Positions 1 through 9,054 are shown, counted from the first letter of the stretch. The stretch is DNA of 32,000 nt from Pirellula staleyi DSM 6068 (GCA_000025185.1 CP001848.1:690001-722000), one strand, 5' to 3'. A program made the numbers and translations. Notes: generated from the sequence alone by a model not told the origin.

Positions 1-600
1 GCCGCACTATTGATGTGGGCCATCGTGTTTTATCGACGCCCCGCTGTCGCAGGTATTTTCATCGGCCTGGCGATGGGAGTGCTCTACTATCCGCTCTTCC
101 TGCTGCCACTGTGGATCAGTTTCTACTGGCAACGTGGGGTGGGTCGATTCCTGGCAGGTGTGCTGAGCAGTCTGTCGGTGATCGCCCTCTCGCTGCTGTT
201 TGTCTCCGAAGATTTTGCGAGCTACTGCACTCGTCTGCAGCAGATGTTTGGTCTCTGGATGCCTGTCACCAAGGGGCTCGATGGAATCTGGGGACTTGGC
301 TGGGACCCCTACTATCGTTTGCCAGTGATTGCCGCCTGCGTGGCGATGAGTGGCGGCCTGGCGATTTGGCCAGCCCAGAAGAATCTCGGTACGCTCCTCA
401 GCTGCAGCGCGGCGATGATGGTGGCGGTGCAGTTCTGGCACGGCTACGGCGGGGGTCTCTATCTGGCGTGGTTCCTGCCGCTGCTGCTCCTCACGATCTT
501 CCGCCCGAACCTCGAAGATCGCGTCGCCCTGACGGTGCTGGGCGAAGGCTGGTTCATCCGCCGGCGAATGAAGCTGGCGCAGATCAATCGGGCTGCTTAA
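1..600 (+). CDS. polytopic integral membrane protein, C-terminal part (5' end cut by window edge)
   Basis: Frame 1 is open from base 1 (AALLMWAIVF...) to TAA at 598-600. The product is a series of hydrophobic helices (IFIGLAMGVLYYPLFLLPLWISFYW, VLSSLSVIALSLLFV, LPVIAACVAMSGGLAIW, LYLAWFLPLLLLTIF). No family can be assigned by eye. Confidence 0.6.
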   Translation, partial: AALLMWAIVFYRRPAVAGIFIGLAMGVLYYPLFLLPLWISFYWQRGVGRFLAGVLSSLSVIALSLLFVSEDFASYCTRLQQMFGLWMPVTKGLDGIWGLGWDPYYRLPVIAACVAMSGGLAIWPAQKNLGTLLSCSAAMMVAVQFWHGYGGGLYLAWFLPLLLLTIFRPNLEDRVALTVLGEGWFIRRRMKLAQINRAA

Positions 601-623
601 CGCCGTCGCGACTCGCAGCAGAA

Positions 624-828
624 CCACCACTTCGTGTATCGATCCATGTCATTTGTTTTGGGTGCCACTGGCGTCTCCCCAGTGCCGAAGTTGGAACCGA
701 TGCTTTGGGCGAAATCTGCCTAAAACCGTAGAGACCATCTACACTTCTCACCGGGCAGAGCCCAGTGGCACACTGGATTGCAGCCTGCTCCTTGCAGCAT
801 GACATTGGTTGCTAGACGAAGTACTACC
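624..828 (-). repeat. MITE-like ~205-bp element with imperfect ~28-bp terminal inverted repeats, copy A (inverted relative to copy B at 30325-30530)
   Basis: The ends CCACCACTTCGTGTATCGATCCATGTCA (624-651) and TGACATTGGTTGCTAGACGAAGTACTACC (800-828) are imperfect inverted repeats. The interior reverse-complement aligns to 30355-30500 at roughly 86% by hand alignment. It contains internal CACTGG/CCAGTG hairpins (666-684, 762-776) and a perfect 10-bp long-range complement, GTGCCACTGG (662-671) with CCAGTGGCAC (762-771). Confidence 0.75.
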
Positions 829-1025
829 TCTGATGCGCGCCAGCATAGCGCGACAGCACCGACACGACTGCTACATGCGTTAATATGCGGGCAACTCGTA
901 TAATCGATGAAGTTCCACTCGGTCCTCTGCCGACTTCTCATGGATACGCCCTCGTAGCATGTGCGCGCCTGTAGCTTTTGTGCGCCTCTGCGAGTGTCTC
1001 CTCCTTCTCGTGGCAGGTGATCGAC

Positions 1026-3479
1026 ATGAAACGCCTCCTTCGCCTTGGCTTGATCGTCGCCATCGCGCTTGCGGTCACCGCCTGCAGCAAGTCGTCCGAC
1101 AGCAAGACCACCACGCAGCGCCCCCTGACGTCCGATTCGGCAGCGTCGCAGCCAAGCAATCTGCCAGCACCAGTCGACGTCAGTCAAGAAACGCCCTCCG
1201 CGAGCGGAGCGAGCCCCTATCAGCCAGTGGAAGGCCCGTATCAAGCTGCCGAGAACCCAGTTCCCTACAGCGCGCCGGACTTGCCCGGTACTAGCGAGCC
1301 TTTCTCGACCACGCCACCAGCCACCGATCCCAGCAGCCCCGCGCCACTCGAACCGGTCACCGATTTTGCGCCGGGCCCGACCCTCAGTCCCGAGCTGAGC
1401 CCCCAGCCCACCCCTGAGCCAACCGGCAGCGGTGGGAGTTTTCCAGCGGCGGATAATCCAACCTACGCGCCGACAGCCGAGGCTCCAGCGATCGACCCTT
1501 CGATTCCACAGCTCGCTGCGCCTGACGAAACGATCACCGATCCAGCTCTGATCAATCCACTTCGCACGCTGAAGCGGAGCCGCTATGGCACCAGCGGAAC
1601 GGTGATCGAGCTCACGCCCCAAGCGGTGGTGCAAGACGCTCCAAGCGCGATCGACTCGGCTGATCCGCTCGCCGAAGCGCCCCGCATGGCGCAGCTGAAT
1701 CCGCTGCGCATTGGCCGCTCGATGGAGCCACGTAGCTTTGCTGGGGAATCGATTCCGCAGCTCCCCGGCAGTTCGTCCCCCGATGCCTCGATTCCAGAAT
1801 CTTCGGGCGATTCGGTTCCTGAAGGGACCTTCCCATCGCCTACCGACGGATCTCCCGAAGATCAGCCCGCCACCGAACCGCAACTGATCGAGCCCCCCAG
1901 CACCACGCCACCACCGGCAGGTTTGGCGATTGCACCCGAAGCAGCCATGCCCCCGCAAGCGCTCACGGCTCCCGCAATGTCACTGCCCCCACCTGCTCCA
2001 GTTCCACTTCCCGCTGGCGCTGCGCCACGCGTTTCGGCAATGATGAGTGAGCCTGAATTGATGGAGCCTGGGAGCGAAGATATCGAGCCGGGCTCTCCGC
2101 TGGATCTTCCCCCAGCAAGCGCCCCTGTTGAAACGGTGCGCGTTAGCCCCAATGGCTCAGCTGCTGCTGCCCCCCAAAGCATGACTGCCAGCATCACTCC
2201 GCTGAAGGCTCCCGCTGTCGCGCCGAAAAAAGAAGACGACAAACCGTACGACACCGTGAAGGTCTTCTACGGCACCGATCGTGCGCCGGTGGTTCCTCCG
2301 GTCATCACCTTCGTCGATCACCTGCGACGTTTCCAAACAGCCATCGGCGCACTGGTGCTGATGCTCCTCACCGCGCTCATCGCCTCGCTCACCAAACGAA
2401 CTTCCATTTGGAGCATCTCCATCGGTTCGGGTGTGGTCGCCGGCGCGCTGGCTATCGTGGCTGGTTATCAAAGCTATAACGCCACCGTGGCTGCTCGCGA
2501 TACCATGCTGCGTTACTCCACCGATCGTAGTAAGCATGGTGGGCTCCAGCTTGGGATTTGCGAAGTCACGATTCCCAAAACGCACAAGCGCGGTGAACTC
2601 GAGGGTCCCACGATCCTGAAGCTCGAAGTCCGCGAAGATCTGTCGAAACATATCATCTTGAAAAAGACGGAACGTCTCGGCGATGCAGTCTTCTACGATC
2701 AGCTGAAGGCGCAAGTCGACGCCAGCCCGAACAAAGAACTGTTCGTCTTCGTGCACGGATTCAACGTCTCGTTTGAAGATGCAGCACGTCGTACCGCGCA
2801 GATGGCCAAGGATATCGACTACCAAGGTGCTCCCGTTTTCTATAGCTGGCCCGCGCACGACATGTTCATCCTGACCTATCCGGCGGATGAAAATAACGTG
2901 GCCTGGACCACGCCTCACCTGAAACGATTTTTGATCGACATTGCTAACTACACTGAGGCGAAGTCGATCAATTTGATTGCCCACAGCATGGGGAGCCGCG
3001 CCCTTTCGCAGTCGCTCAAAGAGATTGCCACGCAGTATCAAGCCGATGGCCGTCTCTTCAATCAAGTGATCCTGGCTGCCCCCGATATCGATGCCGACGA
3101 CTTCAAATACAACATTGCTCCGGCGATGAAAGAAGCGGCCAATCGTGTCACGCTGTATGCCTCGAACAAAGATCAAGCGCTCGCTGTTTCGCAGCTTGTC
3201 CACCGCTATCCTCGCGCCGGTGATGCCGGCAGCGATCTGGTGGTCGTCGACGGAATCGACACCATCGATGTGTCGGCAATCGATCGCAGTCCTTGGGGAC
3301 ATGCGTATTACGGCAGCAGCGATCCACTCCTCGACGATCTGAAGATGCTGTTTGCCAGCGGACTATCGCCGCTCGATCGCAAACGGATTTTCACTGCCGA
3401 ACTCTCGGGCAAAAAGTACTACCGGCTTGGGGCAGAAGCCTCCTCGACCGCCACCAGCGGCATGCCTCTCTCGCGGTAG
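1026..3479 (+). CDS. lipoprotein-signal protein with a long Pro/Ser/Ala-rich region, two internal TM helices and a C-terminal DUF900-type alpha/beta hydrolase domain
   Basis: ATG at 1026 is preceded by AGGTGA. The N-terminus MKRLLRLGLIVAIALAVTAC has a lipobox-like VTAC. About 400 aa are low-complexity and P-rich. TM segments: IGALVLMLLTALIASL and IGSGVVAGALAIVAG. The C-terminus matches the DUF900 (PF05990) pattern FVFVHGFNVSFEDAARRTAQMAKDIDYQGAPVFYSWPA ... NLIAHSMGSRAL (nucleophile elbow HSMGS). Confidence 0.8.
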   Translation: MKRLLRLGLIVAIALAVTACSKSSDSKTTTQRPLTSDSAASQPSNLPAPVDVSQETPSASGASPYQPVEGPYQAAENPVPYSAPDLPGTSEPFSTTPPATDPSSPAPLEPVTDFAPGPTLSPELSPQPTPEPTGSGGSFPAADNPTYAPTAEAPAIDPSIPQLAAPDETITDPALINPLRTLKRSRYGTSGTVIELTPQAVVQDAPSAIDSADPLAEAPRMAQLNPLRIGRSMEPRSFAGESIPQLPGSSSPDASIPESSGDSVPEGTFPSPTDGSPEDQPATEPQLIEPPSTTPPPAGLAIAPEAAMPPQALTAPAMSLPPPAPVPLPAGAAPRVSAMMSEPELMEPGSEDIEPGSPLDLPPASAPVETVRVSPNGSAAAAPQSMTASITPLKAPAVAPKKEDDKPYDTVKVFYGTDRAPVVPPVITFVDHLRRFQTAIGALVLMLLTALIASLTKRTSIWSISIGSGVVAGALAIVAGYQSYNATVAARDTMLRYSTDRSKHGGLQLGICEVTIPKTHKRGELEGPTILKLEVREDLSKHIILKKTERLGDAVFYDQLKAQVDASPNKELFVFVHGFNVSFEDAARRTAQMAKDIDYQGAPVFYSWPAHDMFILTYPADENNVAWTTPHLKRFLIDIANYTEAKSINLIAHSMGSRALSQSLKEIATQYQADGRLFNQVILAAPDIDADDFKYNIAPAMKEAANRVTLYASNKDQALAVSQLVHRYPRAGDAGSDLVVVDGIDTIDVSAIDRSPWGHAYYGSSDPLLDDLKMLFASGLSPLDRKRIFTAELSGKKYYRLGAEASSTATSGMPLSR

Positions 3480-3546
3480 CGACTCCGATGGAGCGAGGCT
3501 ACCCCAATGGCCTCGCCGCACAGTTTGTGCTGTAATCGATCTCACT

Positions 3547-4788
3547 GTGAGCCCATCATCTGCCATTGTGATTGTCTGCGACCTCGTCCCTGCGAGCCTT
3601 CTTGCGCCGTGGGGCTGCACGTGGCTCGAAACTCCGTGCACGTCGAGACTCGCCAGCGAATCGCTCCTCATCGAAACGCACTGGGCCAGTAGTGCCTCGC
3701 TCGCCACACTCTACGACAGCTACTGGACCGGTAAGCATCCGCTCGAGAAGATGGCCGTCGCGAATCCCTCGCTCATCGAGCGTCTGGCTCAAAAAAAGAT
3801 CGAGCAAACGCTGATCACCGACGAGCCTCAGCTCGTTGCGCTGCCGGCAGCGCAGCATTTTTCAGAAGTGATTCACCTGCCGCCTGTCGAAGAAGCGGTG
3901 CCGAGTGAAGCGGTCGATGCGACCGGCATGTGGCAGCTTGCGCAGCTGGCCATCGAGCATCTCACGACGAAGAGCGCCGCACGGCAAGGCTCGCTCACCT
4001 GGATTCATCTGCAAGGGCTTCTTGCGCCGTGGGATGCGCCGACCGAGTGGCGCACTGAACTTGCCGATGAAGATGATCCCGAGCCACCTACCACCACCAC
4101 GCCCCCCGTGGCGCTCGTGACCGAAGCGACCGATCCCGATCTGCTTCTGGGATGGCAACAAGCGGCCGCTGCGCAGGTGCGTGTGCTCGATCAGGTGCTC
4201 GGTGAACTGATGACCGCCATCGACACGCTCGAAGGGGATCCGCTCGTGATTTTCACGTCGCCGCGCGGCTATCCCCTCGGTTTTCATGGCCGCATCGGCC
4301 CCACTGGCGCGAGCCTCTATAGCGATCTGCTTCACACGCCGCTGCTCGTCCGTTTTCCACGCGATGCGACCGGCAATCGCCCCGGCAAGCTCTATCGCGA
4401 GCAGAACCTGACACAGCCCGAGCAGCTCTATCAGCTTCTGCTTGAGCATGTGGCGCTTGAGGATCGCGAGCCGACTTCGACACTTTATGCCATGGCGCAT
4501 GATCTCGACTTCGTGCCGCAGGAGCGCGCTGTGACAGCCGAGCGCGACGAGCGTTTGCTCCGGACACGCGCCTGGCAATTGCTCGTACGCAAGGTCGCCG
4601 GTGACGAGCAGTTCGAGCTGTTTGCCAAAGCCGACGATCGCTGGGAAGTGAACGAAGTGGCGCGGCGTCTCCCCACTGTCGTCCAGCAGCTAGCAGCAGA
4701 GCTAGCAAGCTTCGAAGCTGCCGCCGAGCAGCAAGCACTTACCACGCTTCCCAAGCTTCCCGAAGTTCTCGCCGATCAGCGGCATTAG
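3547..4788 (+). CDS. sulfatase / alkaline-phosphatase-superfamily homolog lacking all catalytic motifs (pseudo-sulfatase); start uncertain (GTG 3547 or ATG 3751)
   Basis: The C-terminal half aligns by eye to the sulfatase pattern: VLDQVLGELMTAIDTL..DPLVIFTSPRGYPLGFHGRIG...SLYSDLLHTPLLVRFP, compared with ..VIFTSDHG..LG.HG....LYEE..HVPLI.R.P. The N-terminus AIVIVCDLVPASLLAPWG ... ASLATLYDSYWTGKHP aligns to ..ILI.DD.G...LG.YG ... C.P.R..LLTGRYP, but C-x-P-x-R is replaced by L-A-T-L-Y. The ORF-track start at 3352 overlaps the upstream gene and was not used. Confidence 0.6.
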   Translation: MSPSSAIVIVCDLVPASLLAPWGCTWLETPCTSRLASESLLIETHWASSASLATLYDSYWTGKHPLEKMAVANPSLIERLAQKKIEQTLITDEPQLVALPAAQHFSEVIHLPPVEEAVPSEAVDATGMWQLAQLAIEHLTTKSAARQGSLTWIHLQGLLAPWDAPTEWRTELADEDDPEPPTTTTPPVALVTEATDPDLLLGWQQAAAAQVRVLDQVLGELMTAIDTLEGDPLVIFTSPRGYPLGFHGRIGPTGASLYSDLLHTPLLVRFPRDATGNRPGKLYREQNLTQPEQLYQLLLEHVALEDREPTSTLYAMAHDLDFVPQERAVTAERDERLLRTRAWQLLVRKVAGDEQFELFAKADDRWEVNEVARRLPTVVQQLAAELASFEAAAEQQALTTLPKLPEVLADQRH

Positions 4789-4946
4789 GGTCTTTATTGG
4801 CGGCAGACAGCATCGCGGCTGCGTAAATTCCGCTGTGGCCGAAAAAACCTCTTCTCCCCTATACTTGAAGGGTGAGTCTTTGCACGTCGGCCCCTGTTTG
4901 CGCCGTGTGAAGGGCCAACAGAATTTCTTTCCCGTTAGGTCACAGC

Positions 4947-7900
4947 ATGCCCGGACAAGGATGTCCCGAGCAGACGGTCGCGCACCACGCGACACGTCGC
5001 GAGCGCACGAAGCGCATCGCAGTAGCCTTGCTACTAGCGATCCTCTTCCTCTGCGCGCCCGGCATCCTGCGAGCGCAAGAGCCGAGCGCTCCGACGTCGA
5101 TCCATGTGCGACTCGCTTGGGGCGGCACACTCCCCCGCGCGTGGCAAGGGACCATGCATCTTTCCGAAGGGAAGCTGCGATTCCTGCAGCCGCTCGGGCT
5201 TGAAGCCGATTCTCCCGGCAGCATGCAGCTGGTCGACGAAAATATGCTGCGTGTCTTCCCGCGCACACCTCGCAGCTACGACGGCTGCGATCTCGAAATC
5301 ATTGCCCCGCCGACGGCGACCCTGACGATCGAACTCGAAGCCGAAGGGCTCGCGCCGCGCGTTCCGATCGAGCTCCCTGTATCGCAATTGGTGGCCGGTC
5401 TATCGCAGTTTGATATCGACGACCAAGGGAATCGCTTGCTCCTCGAACGTGTGCCAGGCGATACGCTCCGGGTGAAGCTCGAGAAAGATTCGCTCGTCTT
5501 CTCCCCCGGCGACCGACTCGGGATGAACGTCGCGCCTCATGCGCTAGGACTGGCTGCCAGCAGCACCTATCTGCTGAGTGTCGCCATTACTCCCGCGCGA
5601 CAAACCGATCCCCTCACGAGTGAAACGCACGACATCAAAACCGATGCAGCGGCGCAAACCGAAGGGGTCGATCTTTCGATTCCCGTTCCCGACGGCGAAG
5701 GGGTCTACGACGTCACGCTGAGCTTGTTCCCGAAACGACTCACCTCGAGCATCGTGCGCGGCGCGCCACTAGCCGAACGGCGCGTGCAACTGATCGTGAT
5801 CGACACCGTGGCCGACAACAACCGCGCCACGCGCAACTGGAAACTCGAATACGACTTCGATCCCGCGCAGCCCAAGTGGTGGGAACGGATCTCGCGTTTG
5901 CCTTCGTTCCGGCTACTTCCTGGCACACCTCAAAAACCGATCTCCAGCGGCGATAGCAAAACGCGTAACCACCTGGGCCGCACCTGGGTCGAACTCGCCC
6001 CCGGTGGATGGCAAGCCTATCCCCTCAGCGTCGCCACGCCTGGCGCGCGGCATCAACTCGAAATCGATTTTCCGAGCGATATTGCGTCGACCCTTTCGAT
6101 CAGCGTGATCGAGCCCAACAGCGCAGGGCAAGTCACGCCGCTGGGGCTCGATAGTGGCTTTGACGTTCAGCCTCTCGCGACATCGGCCGGGGAAATTCGC
6201 AAGCATAAGCTCACGTTCTGGCCCCGTACAAAAACCCCTTGGGTGCTCGTCGCGAACCGACGAACCACGCCGGCTCCCTTCGGAAAACTGACCCTCTCGA
6301 GTGGCGAAGGTCCTTTGCCGCGCCTGGCAGAGAATAGTTTTTCATCGGGAAATCGTGGCTATTATGCCCTGCTCGAGAAGCCTCTCTTCTGCGAGAACTT
6401 TGGGGCCGAAGATGCGCTCGATCCGGTTACGTCGCGCAATCTCGAAGATTGGCAAACGTTCTATCAAGGTGCCACGCGGCTGGTCGATTATCTCCGCGCG
6501 CATGGCTATCAAGGGGCGGTGATACCGATCCTCTCCGAAGGGTCGACGATCTATCCGTCGAAACTTTTAGAGCCAACGCCGAAGTACGATACCGGTGTCT
6601 TTTTTGCGAGTGGTCAGGATGTCGTACGCAAAGATGTGCTCGAACTTCTGCTCCGCTTATTCGATCGCGCGGGACTCACGCTGATCCCCGCGCTCGATCT
6701 TTCGTCTCCCCTTCCAGCGCTTGAAACCATTCGCCTCGGAGATCCGATTCGCGCGATGGGAATCGAGCCGCGCGGCGCCGATGAACTGAGCTGGATCGAG
6801 CGCCATGGAACACGGCGCGGCATGGGAGCCTACTACAATCCGCTCGATGGTCGCGTGCAAAAAGCGATGGTCGATGTGGTCGACGAAATTGCCACGCGTT
6901 ATGGAAGCCATCCCTCGCTCGGCGGCCTATCGCTCGGCGTGCGCGACTGGTCGTACCTCGTGGTGGCCGACGAACTGACAAGCTGCGACCCTGCGACTTT
7001 GACACGATTTTGCACCGACACCGGCGTCGAAATTCCCGCAACTTTTGCGACCTCGCCTGCAGCGCGCGTGGAACTCGTCACCGGTCCCTCACGCGAGACA
7101 TGGCTCACTTGGCGCTGCGATCAGATTGCGATTTTGCTCGAACAAATGCATGCGAAACTCGCCGCGCGACAGCCGACGGCCAAGCTGCATCTCGCCGCGC
7201 ACGAACTGCTGCAAAGCAGCCTGACCGAACAAGCATTTCGGCCCGCTTTGCCCAGCAGTAGCGAGCCCATTGATTTTCTGCGTAAGCTGGGACTCGATTC
7301 CCGTCGACTCGCGCGCTCGGGAGGCATTGTGCTGCCACGGCCGCAAAAGTCGCTCGCCACTCCCGCGCCGGGACACGATCTGCAGGAGCATCTGGCGCAT
7401 CACGCGCCGCTCGATCAACTCCTCGCGCGCAGCAGTGGTGGCTACGCTTCGATTTTCCACGAACCGATGCCGCTGCGACTCACGCAGTTCGATCAGCAGA
7501 GTCCGTTCGGTGCCGACAAAACCTACACCTGGCTCGTATCGCAAATTTCTCCTGCGGGAGAGTCGCGTCGTCAGAAAATGATTCATGCCATCGCCACGCA
7601 AGATGCGCGAACCTTGATCGAAGGTGGCTGGATGCTGCCGCTTGGTCAGGAAGAGAGTCTCGCGCGAGTGATGCAACTGTTTCGCGCACTTCCGGCCGAA
7701 CCGTTTGATACCGTACAGCCGCGCAGTGGGAGCAAAAACACACAGCCGATCGTCGTCCGCACCTTGCGTCGCGGCGAGCACCTGACGTTCTACCTGACCA
7801 ACGATTCTCCTTGGCCCCTCGATGTCGAAGTCGACTTCGATTCCACTTCTCCCCTCGAGATCGTGAGTCTCGACCTCTCGCAAAATGGCGTGACCACACG

Positions 7901-8999
7901 GCAAGGAAACATCACCACCTGGAAAGTGCGGCTCGAGCCGTACGATCTGGCTGCGGGAACGATTCTCTCGAGCAAGGCGAGCGTCGTCACGTGGCGCACC
8001 AGTGTGCCGACGAGCGTCGCCGTGATGCTGAAAGACCAAGTCCGCGATATTCGCCTGCGCGTGAACTCGCTGCGAGCTGCTGAACCGCGCGAAGCGCTCG
8101 CCAACAGTTCGTTCGACAAGCCTTCCGGTGGCTCGGGCATCGATGGCTGGGTGCATGCGACCGGCCCAGGAATCTCTGTCGCTGTCGATGGTCGCGAGCA
8201 TTATCGAGGTGGCCGCAGTTTGCACGTCATTAGTCAGCCTCCCACCCCAGGTGCACCCGCGCCGGTGGTCTGGATTCGCAGTGCTCCGTTCGATCCACCG
8301 AAAACAGGACGGATCTCGGTCCTCGCTTGGATTCGTGTCGCCGATGCGAAACAGCAGCCTCGTTTGCGACTCGCGATCGAGGGTCGACTCGATGGAAAAA
8401 CCTACTATCGCCGCGCGAATGTCGGCGCGTCGGAAGATGATCGTCCGGTGAAGCCGCTGCAGGAGGGTTGGGCTTCCTATCGATTCCCCGTGAGCGATCT
8501 GCCGCTGTCGGGTCTCACCGATCTGCGGATTGGCTTTGACTTGATGGGAGCAGGCGATATTTGGATCGATGAAGTACAGGTGTTCGACCTCTGGTTTGAA
8601 GATGTCGAGCGCGATGAACTGCTAAAACAGACAGCGACTGCCGACTTTCAGCTGCAAGCGGGACAAGTGGCCGATTGCCAGCGGTTTGTCGAAAGCTATT
8701 GGCCACTGATGCTCAAAACGCACATGCCGCTGCAAGATTCGCAGCTCGCCGCGCGCGATTCGATACCTCCCGGCACTCTGCCGCGCGCCAGTGATGCGGG
8801 AAGCAACACCAGCTCGCGCCCCGTCATTCCGGCCGCTCCTGCTGGCAGCAGCCCACCCGCAGCGCCAGCCCAAGGGACTCGCGGCAATCCTCCGGCGTCG
8901 CAGGCAACACCCACCACCCCTGCGCCAGCTGCCGATCCTTCGATGCTCGATCGCATTCGTAATCTGTGGCCCAAGAAGAGCTGGTTCTCGAGCGAATAG
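4947..8999 (+). CDS. 1350-aa secreted protein of unknown function with a glycoside-hydrolase-like TIM-barrel-type middle region, a CBM4_9-like region and a P/T/A-rich tail
   Basis: The signal-like N-terminus is RIAVALLLAILFLCAPGILRAQEP. The middle region (RLVDYLRAHGYQGAVIPILSEGSTIYPS...YYNPLDGRVQKAMVDVVDEIATRYGSHPSLGGLSL) resembles GHL/DUF4015-type putative glycosyl hydrolases. NSSFDKPSGGSGIDGWVHATG...GGRSLHV...IWIDEVQVFD resembles a carbohydrate-binding module. The long uninterrupted ORF has GC-rich third positions. Confidence 0.8.
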   Translation: MPGQGCPEQTVAHHATRRERTKRIAVALLLAILFLCAPGILRAQEPSAPTSIHVRLAWGGTLPRAWQGTMHLSEGKLRFLQPLGLEADSPGSMQLVDENMLRVFPRTPRSYDGCDLEIIAPPTATLTIELEAEGLAPRVPIELPVSQLVAGLSQFDIDDQGNRLLLERVPGDTLRVKLEKDSLVFSPGDRLGMNVAPHALGLAASSTYLLSVAITPARQTDPLTSETHDIKTDAAAQTEGVDLSIPVPDGEGVYDVTLSLFPKRLTSSIVRGAPLAERRVQLIVIDTVADNNRATRNWKLEYDFDPAQPKWWERISRLPSFRLLPGTPQKPISSGDSKTRNHLGRTWVELAPGGWQAYPLSVATPGARHQLEIDFPSDIASTLSISVIEPNSAGQVTPLGLDSGFDVQPLATSAGEIRKHKLTFWPRTKTPWVLVANRRTTPAPFGKLTLSSGEGPLPRLAENSFSSGNRGYYALLEKPLFCENFGAEDALDPVTSRNLEDWQTFYQGATRLVDYLRAHGYQGAVIPILSEGSTIYPSKLLEPTPKYDTGVFFASGQDVVRKDVLELLLRLFDRAGLTLIPALDLSSPLPALETIRLGDPIRAMGIEPRGADELSWIERHGTRRGMGAYYNPLDGRVQKAMVDVVDEIATRYGSHPSLGGLSLGVRDWSYLVVADELTSCDPATLTRFCTDTGVEIPATFATSPAARVELVTGPSRETWLTWRCDQIAILLEQMHAKLAARQPTAKLHLAAHELLQSSLTEQAFRPALPSSSEPIDFLRKLGLDSRRLARSGGIVLPRPQKSLATPAPGHDLQEHLAHHAPLDQLLARSSGGYASIFHEPMPLRLTQFDQQSPFGADKTYTWLVSQISPAGESRRQKMIHAIATQDARTLIEGGWMLPLGQEESLARVMQLFRALPAEPFDTVQPRSGSKNTQPIVVRTLRRGEHLTFYLTNDSPWPLDVEVDFDSTSPLEIVSLDLSQNGVTTRQGNITTWKVRLEPYDLAAGTILSSKASVVTWRTSVPTSVAVMLKDQVRDIRLRVNSLRAAEPREALANSSFDKPSGGSGIDGWVHATGPGISVAVDGREHYRGGRSLHVISQPPTPGAPAPVVWIRSAPFDPPKTGRISVLAWIRVADAKQQPRLRLAIEGRLDGKTYYRRANVGASEDDRPVKPLQEGWASYRFPVSDLPLSGLTDLRIGFDLMGAGDIWIDEVQVFDLWFEDVERDELLKQTATADFQLQAGQVADCQRFVESYWPLMLKTHMPLQDSQLAARDSIPPGTLPRASDAGSNTSSRPVIPAAPAGSSPPAAPAQGTRGNPPASQATPTTPAPAADPSMLDRIRNLWPKKSWFSSE

Positions 9000-9054
9000 C
9001 TTCGAGGCACCTCTCACCAGACAGATTTCAGTGCGGCGAAGTCACTCTGTCACC

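Noticed and set aside
584-805. Small ORFs 584-805(-) and 30306-30809(+) share the peptide IQCATGLCPVRSV...SVP.SAL...QWHPK, suggesting a conserved small protein.
   Set aside because: The similarity is explained by the ~86% identical nucleotide repeat (the MITE-like element). Neither ORF has an RBS. The two ORFs differ in length and context, and the conserved part coincides with hairpin-forming DNA.
720-1958. Long antisense ORFs opposite real genes. Examples: 720-1958(-), 2157-3302(-), 7089-8225(-), 10120-10959(+), 11763-12755(-), 15235-15870(+), 18297-20225(+), 21236-22279(+), 22819-23973(+), 26146-27084(+), 27911-28759(-).
   Set aside because: These are typical shadow ORFs of high-GC DNA. 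Their translations are Arg/Gly/Ala-rich with no motifs, while the opposite strand in each case encodes a protein with clear family signatures.
3352-3546. N-terminal extensions proposed by the ORF track. Examples: 3352 for the sulfatase homolog, 8791 for yegS, 978 for the DUF900 gene, 17502 for the WD40 gene, 22543 for the phosphoesterase, 25317 for the 899-aa ORF, 26840 for the TPP enzyme and 27270 for DUF4105.
   Set aside because: The extensions overlap neighbouring genes or are Arg/Pro-rich non-protein-like sequence. Internal starts give proper signal peptides or align with the N-termini of the recognised families.
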